From Octopus sinensis (taxonomy: Eukaryota), in contig NW_021833033.1 in assembly GCF_006345805.1 (NCBI RefSeq), forward strand, positions 1 to 64,000: a DNA stretch of 64,000 nt, written 5' to 3'. Positions 39,778 to 52,408 of the stretch are shown here, in pieces. The notes under the pieces are model-generated. The model was not told the origin of the DNA and did not search any database. It saw only the letters and a program-made list of their open reading frames with translations. Every line of letters begins with the position of its first letter. Within the stretch, counting starts at the first letter, position 1. Position numbers and translations under genes: made by a program.

Positions 39778-40531
39778 TATATTTACATATAAGACTTTAC
39801 GTACAAACATACATGAATTCATACAAATATGATATAGACATATACATACACATATGTACATATATATATATAGACACATGGTATATATACATATACATAT
39901 AAATATACATATCTTTTACACATATATATATATATATAAATTCATACACAAATGCTTATGCACAAAAACGTAGGTGTGGTTTCCCTTTACTTTCTCTATC
40001 AACTCACAAGGTGACATGCATCAACGTTGGTTCATCTGCCACTAATCAGATGGTGGAGTCTTGTTATCGTGACTTCTGCGGTATTTCTATGTCATCTCTG
40101 TACCTTGTAATCTTCACTGCCATAATATTCCATTTACACATTCATACATATATGCATGCATGCCTACATACATATATGCATACATGTAAGTATTTATGGA
40201 TGCGTTTATGTTTATATATGTGTGAGTGTATGTATGTATATATATATATATATATATATTACACAGAGAGAGAAATTCAGCCGAGTATATCCATATATAG
40301 CCATATATAGAATGTGAGGGGGGTGAGTGAAATCAGTGGGAACAGGAATAAAGTACGTTTGTGTATGTAGCTTCTTATATGTGTATATATATATATATGT
40401 GTGTGTGTGTGTATGTGTGTGTGTATATGTTTGTGTGTGTGTGTGTACGCACACACATACATACAACTATATGTATGAATGTATGTATGTATATGTTCGT
40501 GTATTTATACATATGTATATATGTATGTGTA

Positions 40532-40573
<42 letters not shown>

Positions 40574-40618
40574 TATATATATATATATATACATATATGA
40601 GTAACAAAGAGGTACAAG

Positions 40619-40650
<32 letters not shown>

Positions 40651-41186
40651 CGCATATGTGTGTTTATCCCTCTGCGTGTGTGTTTATGAATAACTGTGTT
40701 TTTGTGAAGTGCTCGAAGTGCTCTTGGCAACCAAATTGTTCCTGGCTCAGTCTCACTGCGCGCCAAATTTGGTACTTGTCTTCTGCTATTACCTTGGGCG
40801 GATCGATGCCTTCTGAATTAATTTGAGAAACAAAAGCTACGTGAAAGCCTAATGTATACATATCCGCGTGTGTGTATGTGTGTGTGTATGTGTGTGTATG
40901 TGTGTAAATGTGTGTGTGTTCATCTGCTACATATTCCATCATTCTTGTTTGGGAACGGTAAAATCCAAAGTAGATAACGCTATAGATAATGCTGTTCAAA
41001 TAACGGGTAAGAAACCACTTCGGATAGGAAATATCAAAGGCTGCCGATGAGATCCGAATCCACATGTCTAAATCATGATACATAATTGGTACAAAACAAT
41101 CCATCGAATTTACGTTGTCCTGTTTAGAAACTTTATCCCCACCAATGAGAACGTTATATCTGTGTGTATGTGTATCGTGTATTGTA

Positions 41187-41274
<88 letters not shown>

Positions 41275-41282
41275 GTATATAT

Positions 41283-41335
<53 letters not shown>

Positions 41336-41396
41336 TTATACATATATATATATATATGTCTGTATCAATGTATGTATGTGTATGTATGTATGTAAG

Positions 41397-41430
<34 letters not shown>

Positions 41431-42404
41431 TGTATGTATGTATGTATGTATGTAGGTATGTATGTATGTATGTATATATATATATGTAATAGCCGCTGCT
41501 GTGTATTAGTAACTAGAGAAAATGGTGCCTTGCATAAAGTCAGGTATATAATTTTTACTTGTCGATCTTCAGTGATTCAACGGCTAGAAGTTCCATGCTA
41601 AGCAATTCGTCAATGTTTAACAAATGTATTAACACAAGATTCTATGCTTTTACAACACGGGAACTTTTCGACTAATAAGTATATTTGTATGTGAGTTTGT
41701 GACTCAGAATATATACATATAAATATATATTTAGATATATATAGATGTTGTGTGGTTGGGCCCTGGGCAAATAAGCCCGGAAGCCTATGAAGCCTGCTTG
41801 GTAAGGATGGTGTTTTTTCTGGGTTTATTTTTTTTTTGCTGGACACCCTGGAGGATGAATAATGAGCCTTATCAAAAGGCCAGTGGACACACTACAGTCA
41901 TCGGCTATCCAACAGCTGGGAGTGAGAGGCACCAAGTCTTTGTTTGGACATCTATCTAAGTAGCGGAAATTCCGAAATAATACCCGCCTCATTGTGAAAC
42001 CGGAAATCTTACTCTTGCTTGTTACTCGACTACTTCACTTTTTCGGAGTTTTTAGGGTGTTGTACAAGCTGTTATCGATTATAAATTTCAGCGCGGGCAT
42101 TGCTTGCAGCCATTGTCTTTAACATCTAGAATAAGATAACTTGTCAGTGATGTTCATAGTCGTCTTCGAGTTGACAACTATCACGTAGGCAGAGAGGTCC
42201 AAACATGTGTAAGATGAATAGAATTTTTAAAATTTGCGAGTGGATTTGGATTATGAACTCTATTACAATTTTAAAATGTGATAGGTGCGTTTTTAAATGT
42301 AGTTGCTATCTCAAATTCCTACAAAACATCAACAACAGCAAAAGACGTGATCTCCTTTTAAGGCATACCTCTTATTTCATTAAGTGTATATTTATTTTAT
42401 TCGT

Positions 42405-42560
42405 TACAAGCAATATAACCCGGCTTTGGCCGGGATTAAGTTAGGATTATTAGGTAATCAAGTTCTTTCTTTCAAACCAAACTAAGTAACATCGACGTCA
42501 AATTTGGGCGAAATCTGTTGAAATTGTTATATATATATATATGGGCAACACACACACGTA
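42405..42560 (-). mobile_element. Helitron-like 3' end fragment (same family as 51719-51950)
   Basis: CCCGGCTTTGGCCGGGATT hairpin and ATCGACGTCAAATTTGGG are shared with the 51719 copy. Confidence 0.6.
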
Positions 42561-43013
42561 CGTACGTACACCTGTTTATATATGTTTTATGTACTCTTGT
42601 ATGTTCGTGTGTGTGTGTGTGTGTTGCCCATCTATCAACAAGACACTTTTTCCTCGATGGAAGAAAAACAACAAAAGTCTTAACAAAAACTTACTCGTTG
42701 CTAGAAGGGGACTTAACTCCTATTTGCAAACAATGGTGATTTCTCAGAATTGAAAATTGTTAAAAGTTTTCGTTGAAAATTTATTTTTACTGCTATTCGC
42801 TGATGCCTCTGGTAAAAATAAGTTGACAAAAACGCAGCTATGATCATGACGAATTTCCTCCTAAAATTTGAGCGACATGCATGCTTATTTGTGGACGTGC
42901 ATAAATTACATTCACGTACACACACACACACACACACATCCTGCCTTTTATATATTATACAGATTTGTTACACTAGTGCATAAGGCAAACATATATCCAT
43001 GTCATACACACAC

Positions 43014-43072
<59 letters not shown>

Positions 43073-43962
43073 GATGTAGATGTATATTTATATATTTATT
43101 TGTATATATATACACACACATATGCATATTTGTGTGTGTGTTTGCGTGTGCGTAGGTGTTTTAGCATACAAGTCTATGCACTGGCCGTGTGAGTGTATTT
43201 CTATATACTGTGTATGCACTGAGCGTATGTGTGCGTGCGTATGCATGCGTAAGCTTACGTATGCGTGCGTATGCATATGTGTGCGTTACTGTTTTCTATC
43301 TCGCTCACGCCTGACTCCAAACAACCGAGGAATAATTATTGAACCCAATAGATAAGAGATCACGACTAAGGAAATGACACGAAATAGGAGCTATGCACCG
43401 CATATACCATAGTAGTTTAACCGTCATAATCACCACAAAGAAAAACACTACTACACGGAAAAACTATCAGCATTACCATTGTCATTAATAGCAACAACCG
43501 CCACTATTGTTAACTGAAAATCCGTCGCCTACGACGACGTGTGTTCCATTTCATCCGATCAACGGAACAGCTTGCTCGTGAAAATGACGTGCAAGTGGTT
43601 GAGTACTTCACAGACACGAGTACCCTTAGCGATTACTGTAATATGTGCTGCAGCTGTGCTTTCTGCCCTGTAACATCAAGCTCAGTGAGCAGCTCAATGA
43701 GGATTCTGTGTTTTTTCTTCGCAGGTCCTTAGAACTTGGATGTTTATTTTTAATTACTCCATTACTCATTGCCTACCTCCACGTCGCTACAAATATGATA
43801 GTCAGTCAAGCACCAAGATCTGTGGTCATATATTACAGGACAAGCTTCTGGAATAATGTCACATATTACCAAACTTCATCTCAAGTCTTCATGGCTAGGA
43901 CGCACACCTTATACCCAACCAAAATCGACACCGGGCATGTCTTTCCTCGCATGTTCTTGGCC

Positions 43963-44194
43963 TAAATAAATAAATACGTATATAAAGTTAATCCAAACAA
44001 GAAAGCACAAAAATACACAACAACGCGAGGACGTGCAACAAATATAGTATTATTGGACGCTCAGGAAAGAAGGAAAGAAGGAGGGTTTAGCGTTTCGAGC
44101 GGAGCTCTTCGTCAGAAACATAGGAGGAGGAAAAATCCAGAGAAGGGAAGACAGAGGGGAAAAATCGCCAACGGTACACACGCGGTCACATTTT
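43963..44194 (-). mobile_element. Short PLE-end-like repeat with a minimal HHR motif at 44085-44119
   Basis: Minus strand reads GUUU CUGACGA A GAGC UCC GCUC GAAAC GC U AAAC; the U of the NUH triplet is mutated to C. Confidence 0.72.
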
Positions 44195-44201
44195 AAATAC
44201 G

Positions 44202-44281
<80 letters not shown>

Positions 44282-44339
44282 TCATACATACATACATACA
44301 TACATATATATATATACATACATACATACATACATACAC

Positions 44340-44400
<61 letters not shown>

Positions 44401-44408
44401 AACATAAA

Positions 44409-44815
44409 TTTATAAATAAGGATAATATCGATATTTAAATATCGGTATTAGCAAGTGGTCAGCATGGGAATAAATACCATACAAAGGTAATACATTTTTT
44501 ACAACTAAATATAAGGGTTTCTGAGAGACACCACCATGCCGAAATACCAGTCAAAACCCTGACTCTAAAAACCACCTTAAATATTCATATCGCACCATGA
44601 GATAAGACAGAGAGACAAGATGAACTAGCAAAAAAATATTACTGAATAATTCAAGATCCTGGATTTCTAGCTTTGCTTCAAATAAGCTCTGCCTTCATCA
44701 GTTGAATATATCAGATGGGCACATAAATACAGATATAAGGTTCTTAGAGTCAGGAATTTGACAGCTATTTCGGCTTGGTGGTGTCTCTCAGACACCCTTA
44801 TTTTTAGTATATATA
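44409..44815. mobile_element. (TA)n-flanked ~400-bp element with ~65-bp inverted repeats enclosing an HHR
   Basis: 44508-44575 mirrors 44739-44807. Confidence 0.7.
44650..44706 (-). ncRNA. Type I hammerhead motif, A/A variant
   Basis: Minus strand reads UUCAA CUGAUGA A GGC..GCU A GAAA UCCAGG AUC UUGAA; triplet AUC, stem I 5 bp. Confidence 0.68.
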
Positions 44816-44818
44816 CAA

Positions 44819-44919
<101 letters not shown>

Positions 44920-44962
44920 TATATACATACATATATATATACATACATATATATATACATAC

Positions 44963-44993
<31 letters not shown>

Positions 44994-45665
44994 CATACAT
45001 ATAGATAGATAGATAGATAGAGATATAGATATACGTGCGCGCGGAAGTCTGTGTATACGCAGACAAGGCACAGATACACAAGCACTTCTGCGTGTAACAT
45101 CACGTTTGAAGAATACGAAGAGAAGAAAGAGATTGTCATTTCTATGCAAGACACGAACTTTTGCTGGAAATTTACACCAACTCTTCCAACTCCCCATTGG
45201 TTTATACACATACACACGCACACATACACACACACACACAAACACAAACACACATACACACACACTCACATGCACTCACTTCGCAAACACATCGCGTGTG
45301 CTCACGACTTCTTTCAGATTTGCGTGTATATATATATATATATGTAAAGAGATTGTACGTAGTTGTATATACGTACTTACATACGTGTATATGTGTGTAT
45401 GTGCGTGAGTACGCTTGCGTGTAGTGTATGTGTGTGTGAATGTGTACGTGTGTATATACGTGCACATGCGACTGTATACATACATATATATATTTATATG
45501 TATATATATTTGTATGTATATATATATATATATGTAAATATACATGTATTTATGTATTTATATATGTATGTGTATGTATGTGTATATTTGTATATATGTG
45601 TGTTTGCGTGTATTTGAGTGTTTGTTTTGTATGTATGTGCGTATGTATGTATATGCAGGTATGTC

Positions 45666-46029
45666 AGTGGAGACGCAATGGCCCAGTGGTTAGGGCAGCG
45701 GACTCACGGTCATAGGATCGCGGTTTCGATTCCCAGACCGGGCGTTGTGAGTGTTTATTGAGCGAAAACACCTAAAGCTCCACGAGGCTCCGGCAGGGGA
45801 TGGTGGTGATCCCTGCTGTACCCTTTCACCACAACTTTCTCTCACTCTTACTTCCTGTTTCTGTTGTACCTGTATTTCAAAGGGCCGGCCTTGTCACTCT
45901 CTGTGTCACGCTGAATATCCCCGAGAACTACGTTAAGGGTACACGTGTCTGTGGAGTGCTCAGCCACTTACACGTTAATTTCACGAGCAGGCTGTTCCGT
46001 TGATTCGGATCAACTGGAACCCTCGTCGT
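45666..46029 (+). mobile_element. SINE family D, near full-length
   Basis: tRNA-like head GCAATGGCCCAGTGGTTAGGGCAGCGGACTC...GGTTTCGATTCCC. Confidence 0.85.
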
Positions 46030-46139
46030 ATATATAAGTGTGTGTGTGTATGTGTGTCCATTTCGAGTCATAACAATCCGATCATAAGTATACTGAGTGA
46101 GAGAAGCAATCATGGTCATAATGTGGACATGACTGTGTG

Positions 46140-46840
46140 GTCATAAAACTTTGTTATCAGCCACACGATATCGGGTTCAATCTAAATGTGCGGCGCTTTA
46201 CACAGTTTTCCTGGGCCGACAAATGCTTCGGAGGAAATTTAGTAGACGGAAACCGTGTGGAATCCCGCTGTGTGTACCTTTTTTTTTACTTATTTACTTA
46301 TTTCAGTCACTGAACTGCGGCCATGCTGGGGCACTGGCTTCTAGTGTTTACTTGAACAGATCGACTCCAGCATTTAGATTTGTTAAATCTTTTGCCGAAC
46401 CGCTAAGTTACAGCAAACTAACACCATTTGTCAAGCGGTGATTGGGTCAAACACAAAGTTTCATTCAGATATTATGCAAACGTATGACGGTCATATTTCT
46501 GTTTCCGTCTACCAAATCAAATTACAAGGCTTTTTTCGGCTCGGTTTATGGTAAAAACATTTGCTCAAAGTGCCATGCATCGAGACCGAACACAAAACCA
46601 TGCGGTTTGGAAGTAAATTTCTTACTTCACAGACACGCCTGTGTGTATATGTTTCTCAGCCCCGCCTCACTACTTGGAAACCGGTGTTAGTTCGTTTATG
46701 TTCCCATAACTTAGCGGTTTGACAATCGAATAAGAGATTTACGAAAAGATAGATAAAGGCATAAATACTGGGGTTCAGTTTTTTCGATTGAAGTTTCCAA
46801 AGCGGTGCCCCAGCATGGCCGCTATGCAAAGACTGAATCA
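46140..46840. mobile_element. Cluster of diverged SINE family B pieces in both orientations
   Basis: Plus head, minus full copy and plus tail motifs. Confidence 0.65.
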
Positions 46841-47002
46841 AGTGAGAAAATACATTCTTAATAGTTTTTAAGGCAAAGTTCTGGTCTTTTTCGCCTTTCA
46901 GGTCCAGCAAGTTTTTCACTTCAAAGCTAGATTTAGGATTGTTCTTCATCGTCCTCCCCTACTCTAACAAACCTCCACATACATACATATATATAGATAT
47001 AC

Positions 47003-47049
<47 letters not shown>

Positions 47050-47184
47050 TTATAGAGCAATAAGAAAATGGAGGGGATCAATAGGTGGTTCATCAACTTT
47101 TAGACATATTATGTCAACTTATTTATTTATTTACTAAAATGACAATTACAAAAATATACTTACATACATACATATTATATATAT

Positions 47185-47231
<47 letters not shown>

Positions 47232-47247
47232 GTACATATAATGTATG

Positions 47248-47292
<45 letters not shown>

Positions 47293-47321
47293 ATATATAT
47301 ATATATAATATATATATATAT

Positions 47322-47475
47322 AAACGACTGGCTTCCATACACTTTATGCTACCAACTTCATTCACAAAGCATTGTTGGTCGTGGAGCTATAGTAGACAAT
47401 AGGTTCCCAAACTGTGACGTAGCGAGATTGAACTCTGTAGTCACGTGGCTGCAAAGGGGGATTCTTAACCTCACA
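47322..47475 (-). mobile_element. SINE family B head, diverged
   Basis: CACAAAGC.TTG.TGGTCG...CTATAGTAGA. Confidence 0.6.
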
Positions 47476-48520
47476 TCATGGAAATTATGGGCTTTGAAGC
47501 TATGTACTTTTCAAGCAAGATATCGCCGTAATTGGCCAGTAGCTATTTCATAATAGTTTTCAAATTATAGAACTTGTCTGCTTGTGTGTGTTTGTGACAA
47601 ATAGAAGCCATCTTTATCAAATTATTTGTCATATATTCTAAATGTTGCGTATGCATCTGCAGCAACTTGTATGTGATATGGTGTAAATTCTATCAATATT
47701 TTTGTTGTCTAGTCGTGCTGACTCATTTAATTACAAGTTCAGAATATATTAACAGTAGCTTATATCGGGAACAGTTAGGATGTTGACACCTATTACTAGA
47801 TATTAATCAGTAACACCACAAAGAAACAGAAATACCAGCAACCGATATTACGATCACTGACCTACCGCAACTATCATTATTATCATCGATTATATATGTA
47901 TCACGACCGCAAATATATAAAAAAAATTATATCATTAATACACTAGGAGTTCGCTGAGGAAAAATGTATTTGCTACTTATTTACAGAAGAGCCACTGTTT
48001 ATGAATGCCTCTCATCACGAATAAATTAATTTATGAAAAATGTTTCGAACATAAAACATCTCGGATGACGAACAGCGTCTCATGTAATGAACATGCAAGC
48101 CGGCAACAACGGTTGACAACAAGCTGCGAGTATCGGCAAGAGAGGACCAGTTGCTGTCTAGCTTTCGCTCAGTGCACATCCCTGCTTGAATTCACCGTGC
48201 CTCGTCTTGAATTTCCAATATAAAAAATAGTTTCAGTTTACGAACATTTTAGGTGAGGAATGGCCTTCAGGAACGAATTAAATTCGTAAACCGAAGTCCT
48301 ACTGTATTTACTTACTTATTCACTTACTTAAGCCCTTTACTCCTTATGAAGTAACGGCGAGGACAGCAAAATGTTTTCAATGAAAAAATATTGCAATACA
48401 AATGTATTACATTCCAGTAAAATAAAGCCCCAAAATATATGTTCTCGTTCTGTTCACGGCTCAGCGTTCAGGCGAGTATAGTGGCATTGATGTAGCAACA
48501 TTTGAAATATTGTCTAGGTA

Positions 48521-48593
48521 AATGCAGCTGATGAAGACTGATCAAATTTACGTTGACAAACGTATATGAAAAGTCAGAAACCGGTCCTGCATT
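48521..48593 (+). ncRNA. Type I hammerhead motif, A/A variant
   Basis: AATGCAG CTGATGA A GACT..AGTC A GAAAC CG GTC CTGCATT: stem I 7 bp, inner hairpin TACGTT/AACGTA, palindrome ACCGGT. Confidence 0.75.
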
Positions 48594-48700
48594 ATCCAAT
48601 TCTAGGTTTCCCATCTATCGAATGTTCTTCCTAGAGGTAAGAGAACTTTTTAATGTTTTTTGCACACACACGTCTTTGCCAGTATATACGCAGTGAAGCG

Positions 48701-48777
<77 letters not shown>

Positions 48778-48779
48778 AT

Positions 48780-49193
48780 TATTATTTGAGAGAATAAAAT
48801 CCAAACTTACAAGGAAAAAATTCAATTTAGAAATGCTAAATCAAATTTCACACAATATGATATATATATAAAAAATTAGAAAAAAAAACACCTTTTATCA
48901 ATTCAAAATGAACAAGTATATTGCACCATCTAGAAAATTACATATAATAGAAATATTAAAATTAAAATAACAATAAAATGTCAATGATTACGTAAATTGC
49001 AAAAAAATAATTAAAACGTATATAATTCCAGTAAAATAAAGCCCCAAAATATATTTTCTCGTTCTGTTAACAAATTTACTTAATCATTGATATTTTATTG
49101 TTATTTTAATTTTAATATTTCTATTATATGTAATTTTCTAGATGGTGTAATTTACCTGTTCATTTTGAATCGATAAAAGGTAGGGTTTTTTTC

Positions 49194-49210
<17 letters not shown>
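48780..49210. repeat. (TA)n-flanked inverted duplication that repeats part of the sequence upstream of the 48521 HHR
   Basis: About 48860-48990 mirrors 49081-49210. TTCCAGTAAAATAAAGCCCCAAAATATA occurs at ~48412 and ~49026. Confidence 0.72.
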
Positions 49211-49236
<26 letters not shown>

Positions 49237-50054
49237 GTATATTTTGTGGCTTCCACGTAGACTTAGTTGAAAAGTAGGCAAACCTCAGGCGGTATCCACA
49301 TAATAAATGATGGCCGAGTGCATTAATATAAATTTACTACCGGGAAAATTCAAATATGTTAAATTAGAATGTCGATAATACAATGGTTGAAATCTGCCAC
49401 AGTATTCGCTGTCTCCAAAAAATGTGAAATGTCTGACAGTTTAACAAACCACGTGCCTCCCAAAAGCATCTACAATGGAAAACGGACTGCGTGTTGCACA
49501 ACAATATAAAACAGTAGTGTACAATAGACTGTGGATGACAGGAAACAACCATTTGGTGCCCATCCTCTCGTCAATGCTATCTGCAGCACGCTGTATTACT
49601 CCAAATACAACGTACACCAGTACACACATATACGCAGACATACATATCTTGTCGTTCACTCACAAATACATTTCTCTCACTTTCTCTTTCTCTCTTTGTT
49701 GCTCTCTCTCTCTCTCTCTCTGTTTTTTTCTCTTTCTTTTTCTCTAAAAGAGGACGCCATTAACACGAATAACGTAAAAGAAAAGAAAACAAAAGATAAA
49801 CATCCATTATTCGTTCTGGAAAGTTAAAACCAAATTATAAATTGACCAATCAGAGAAGAGCATTTTCAAATATTTAGGATGCACCGAATCTGGGATAATT
49901 TATTGTCTGCTGATTGGAATTTTCCTCATTGCAGGGAATCGGTGATTCGCTGCGATGTTTTCGACCTTCCTGTGAGAAACCAATTAATAAATAAAAGGCC
50001 CTGAATGGACAGGTTATTCTAAAAACATATAAAGGGTGAAAGTACTCTTTAAAC

Positions 50055-50923
50055 CAGGGGTCGGCTAACCGGAGTAAATTACCCCAAGTCGGGTAAAAAT
50101 GAAATTCTTGAGGTGGGGAGGTAATGAGGACTCATTGGACGTAAGTAAAATTATCTAAAATATGTCTTCTTTTTTACGAAGGAAATTTTTCTTCTGGCAA
50201 CATCCCATCAGTCCAATGTAATGCACGTATAAATAGATTCAATAAAACTCTTGAATTCAAAGAATCTATGATTTTCTTCCTTTCAAATTATGGGGATAAC
50301 GTCGGAGTAAATACAAATATTGGGTTGTCCGGAAAGTTCGTGCCGATTTATAGTAGCTTACCTTTCGACTTATTTTAAAACATGGTTGAGTCCATCAAAT
50401 AGGATTTGACTACACCTCCATTTAGAGCACAGTTTAAGCTATCTTTTCGTGGAAGAAGGTTTATGTTTATTAAACTGTGTTAATTCTGTAACCCTTTAAA
50501 ATGGAATATAAGAAAGTTCATTTTCGGCACTTGATGCTTTGGGAACCAGACAAAAACTGCTGCAGCTCGGCTGGGATGTGTTACCCCACCCTCCATATTC
50601 ACCAGATATTGCTCCTTCGGATTTCCACTTATTCAGGTCTCTGCAGAATAGTCTTAATGGTAAAATTTCAATTCCTTGGACGACGTAAAAAGATACCTTG
50701 ATGAATTATTTGCTATGAAACCACCTTGATTCTGGGAAAGAGGCTATTTTCAACTTAAAAGAAAGATGGAGATGCATTGTGCAACAAAATAGTTCATATT
50801 TGGCTGATTAAAAATGTAATGGCAAGTATTTATTGGCCTTCTTCTTTCCTTTAAAAATCGGCACGAACTTTCCGGACAATCCAATATTTTGAAGTAATTG
50901 GTTAATAAAGTTCCCCGATCCTG
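50055..50923. mobile_element. hAT-like MITE carrying a nested mariner derivative
   Basis: Ends CAGGGGTCGGCTAACC and AAGTTCCCCGATCCTG; CTTTAAA is repeated on both flanks. Confidence 0.6.
50320..50884 (+). mobile_element. Mariner deletion derivative (same family and deletion as 1126-1691)
   Basis: 30-bp TIRs, TA on both sides; MEYKKVHFRHLML is fused out of frame to WDVLPHPPYSPDIAPSD. Confidence 0.93.
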
Positions 50924-51619
50924 GCTTTAAAAAATTACACATGGAAGACCAGTTTTAATCTTGCTTTTGAAGTATTATATATTGTGAACACTTGCGGAAT
51001 TTTCTTCAGGTCGAGTAATGCATCCCGCTCAAAAGGTCCCTGAATAAGGGTTGTTTAAGGATGTTGAACGAAAAACCCATGTTTCCAGAGGTGAATTATC
51101 CAAACCGCTAAGAATTCCATTCAACACACGACTATGTTGCTACCTCATTACTTCTGCTCCTGATCAGAGATGCACATATCGTCAGCCACTAAGCAATATA
51201 ATGCTTTTGAAGTATATAATGCTTTTGAAGTATTATATATTGTGAACACTTGCGAAGTAGTGATATACATCGGGAATTAAACTGCAAATGCATTCTGAGA
51301 ATAATACTTGACATGGAGAGGAATGGAAAGTTGACAGTCAATGGAAAGTAATTTAGGAAACCGTGGACATTTGAATATTTTTTGCCTTTAAAAAAGAATA
51401 CAATTAGCAACAGTGATAGCAACAGAGTGAATAGCAGTTTCGTTAGCATTATCGATAATTACATTATATTTTACCACTGATACCGGTTACAGTCATTGGA
51501 CTGCTGCCATGCTGGAGGCTGACGTGTTCAACTCACCTAATGAATGCAGTACATCAGTGTGAGATAGCCCAAAGTTCAATGGCTGACGCAAAGAAAATAT
51601 AAAAGATGTATGAGCATGC

Positions 51620-51653
<34 letters not shown>

Positions 51654-51656
<3 letters not shown>

Positions 51657-51708
51657 GGTGCCCCAGCATGGCCACAGCTCGTGAGCTGAAACTAGAATCA
51701 ATCAATCA
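51654..51708 (+). mobile_element. LINE extreme 3' end with an (ATCA)n tail
   Basis: GGCGGTGCCCCAGCATGGCCACAGCTCGTGAGCTGAAACTAGAATCAATCAATCA matches the UTR at 33520-33665. Confidence 0.65.
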
Positions 51709-51718
51709 TATATATATA

Positions 51719-51950
51719 CTAGCAGTATAATCCGGCCTTGCCCGGGATTAAGTAACGATTATCAAGCTAATCAAGTTCTTTATTTCAAACCAAACTCAGT
51801 AATATCGACGTCAAATTTGGGCAAAATCCGTTGAAATTGGTTATATTACATATATTATATATATTATATATATATAATATAATATAATATAAATATATAT
51901 GGGCAACAGACACGAACACACATGTTCGTACGTACACCTATTGCATGTTT
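51719..51950 (-). mobile_element. Helitron-like 3' end
   Basis: Minus strand ends with hairpin TCCCGGGCAAGGCCGGA then TTATACTGCTAG|T. Confidence 0.65.
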
Positions 51951-52408
51951 TGTGCAGGTTCATAAACAGAAATGAATGGGAAAATGTTGTCAAATTTGTA
52001 GATTAACACTCGCACGATTTTCACTAAGAAAAATAATCGTTTTTTTTTGCGTGGAATCAATTACTCTCGCCTCCTAATATGCTACAAAACCCTTTTTGTG
52101 GTCCGTGAAACGGAGTGGGTGTGGTGGAAGCCTCGGAAATTGTACCCATTTATATTGTGCAATTCACTGACAAATTGCTACTCACCTCTTTGTTTCTTTG
52201 TTGTTAAATAAATGGATAGTCAACAAAACACTTTTTTACTCGGCGTAAAATAAGAACAAAACCCTTTTGCACCCAAAGTAATGTGTGTGAGGGAGAGGGG
52301 GAGAAAGACGAACGATTTAAAATAAATATATTGTAATTGTTGTGTGAGAAAGTATATATACTATGATTGTAAAATATAGTGTCTTTCAAAAACATCCTGA
52401 ATTTGAAC

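Noticed and set aside
45666-45745. tRNA gene
   Set aside because: It has A/B boxes but no closing acceptor stem and continues into a SINE body. The same holds for the other SINE heads.
49475-49620. Helitron Rep-like NNHLVP peptide
   Set aside because: Only a few residues are similar and the neighbouring motifs are absent.
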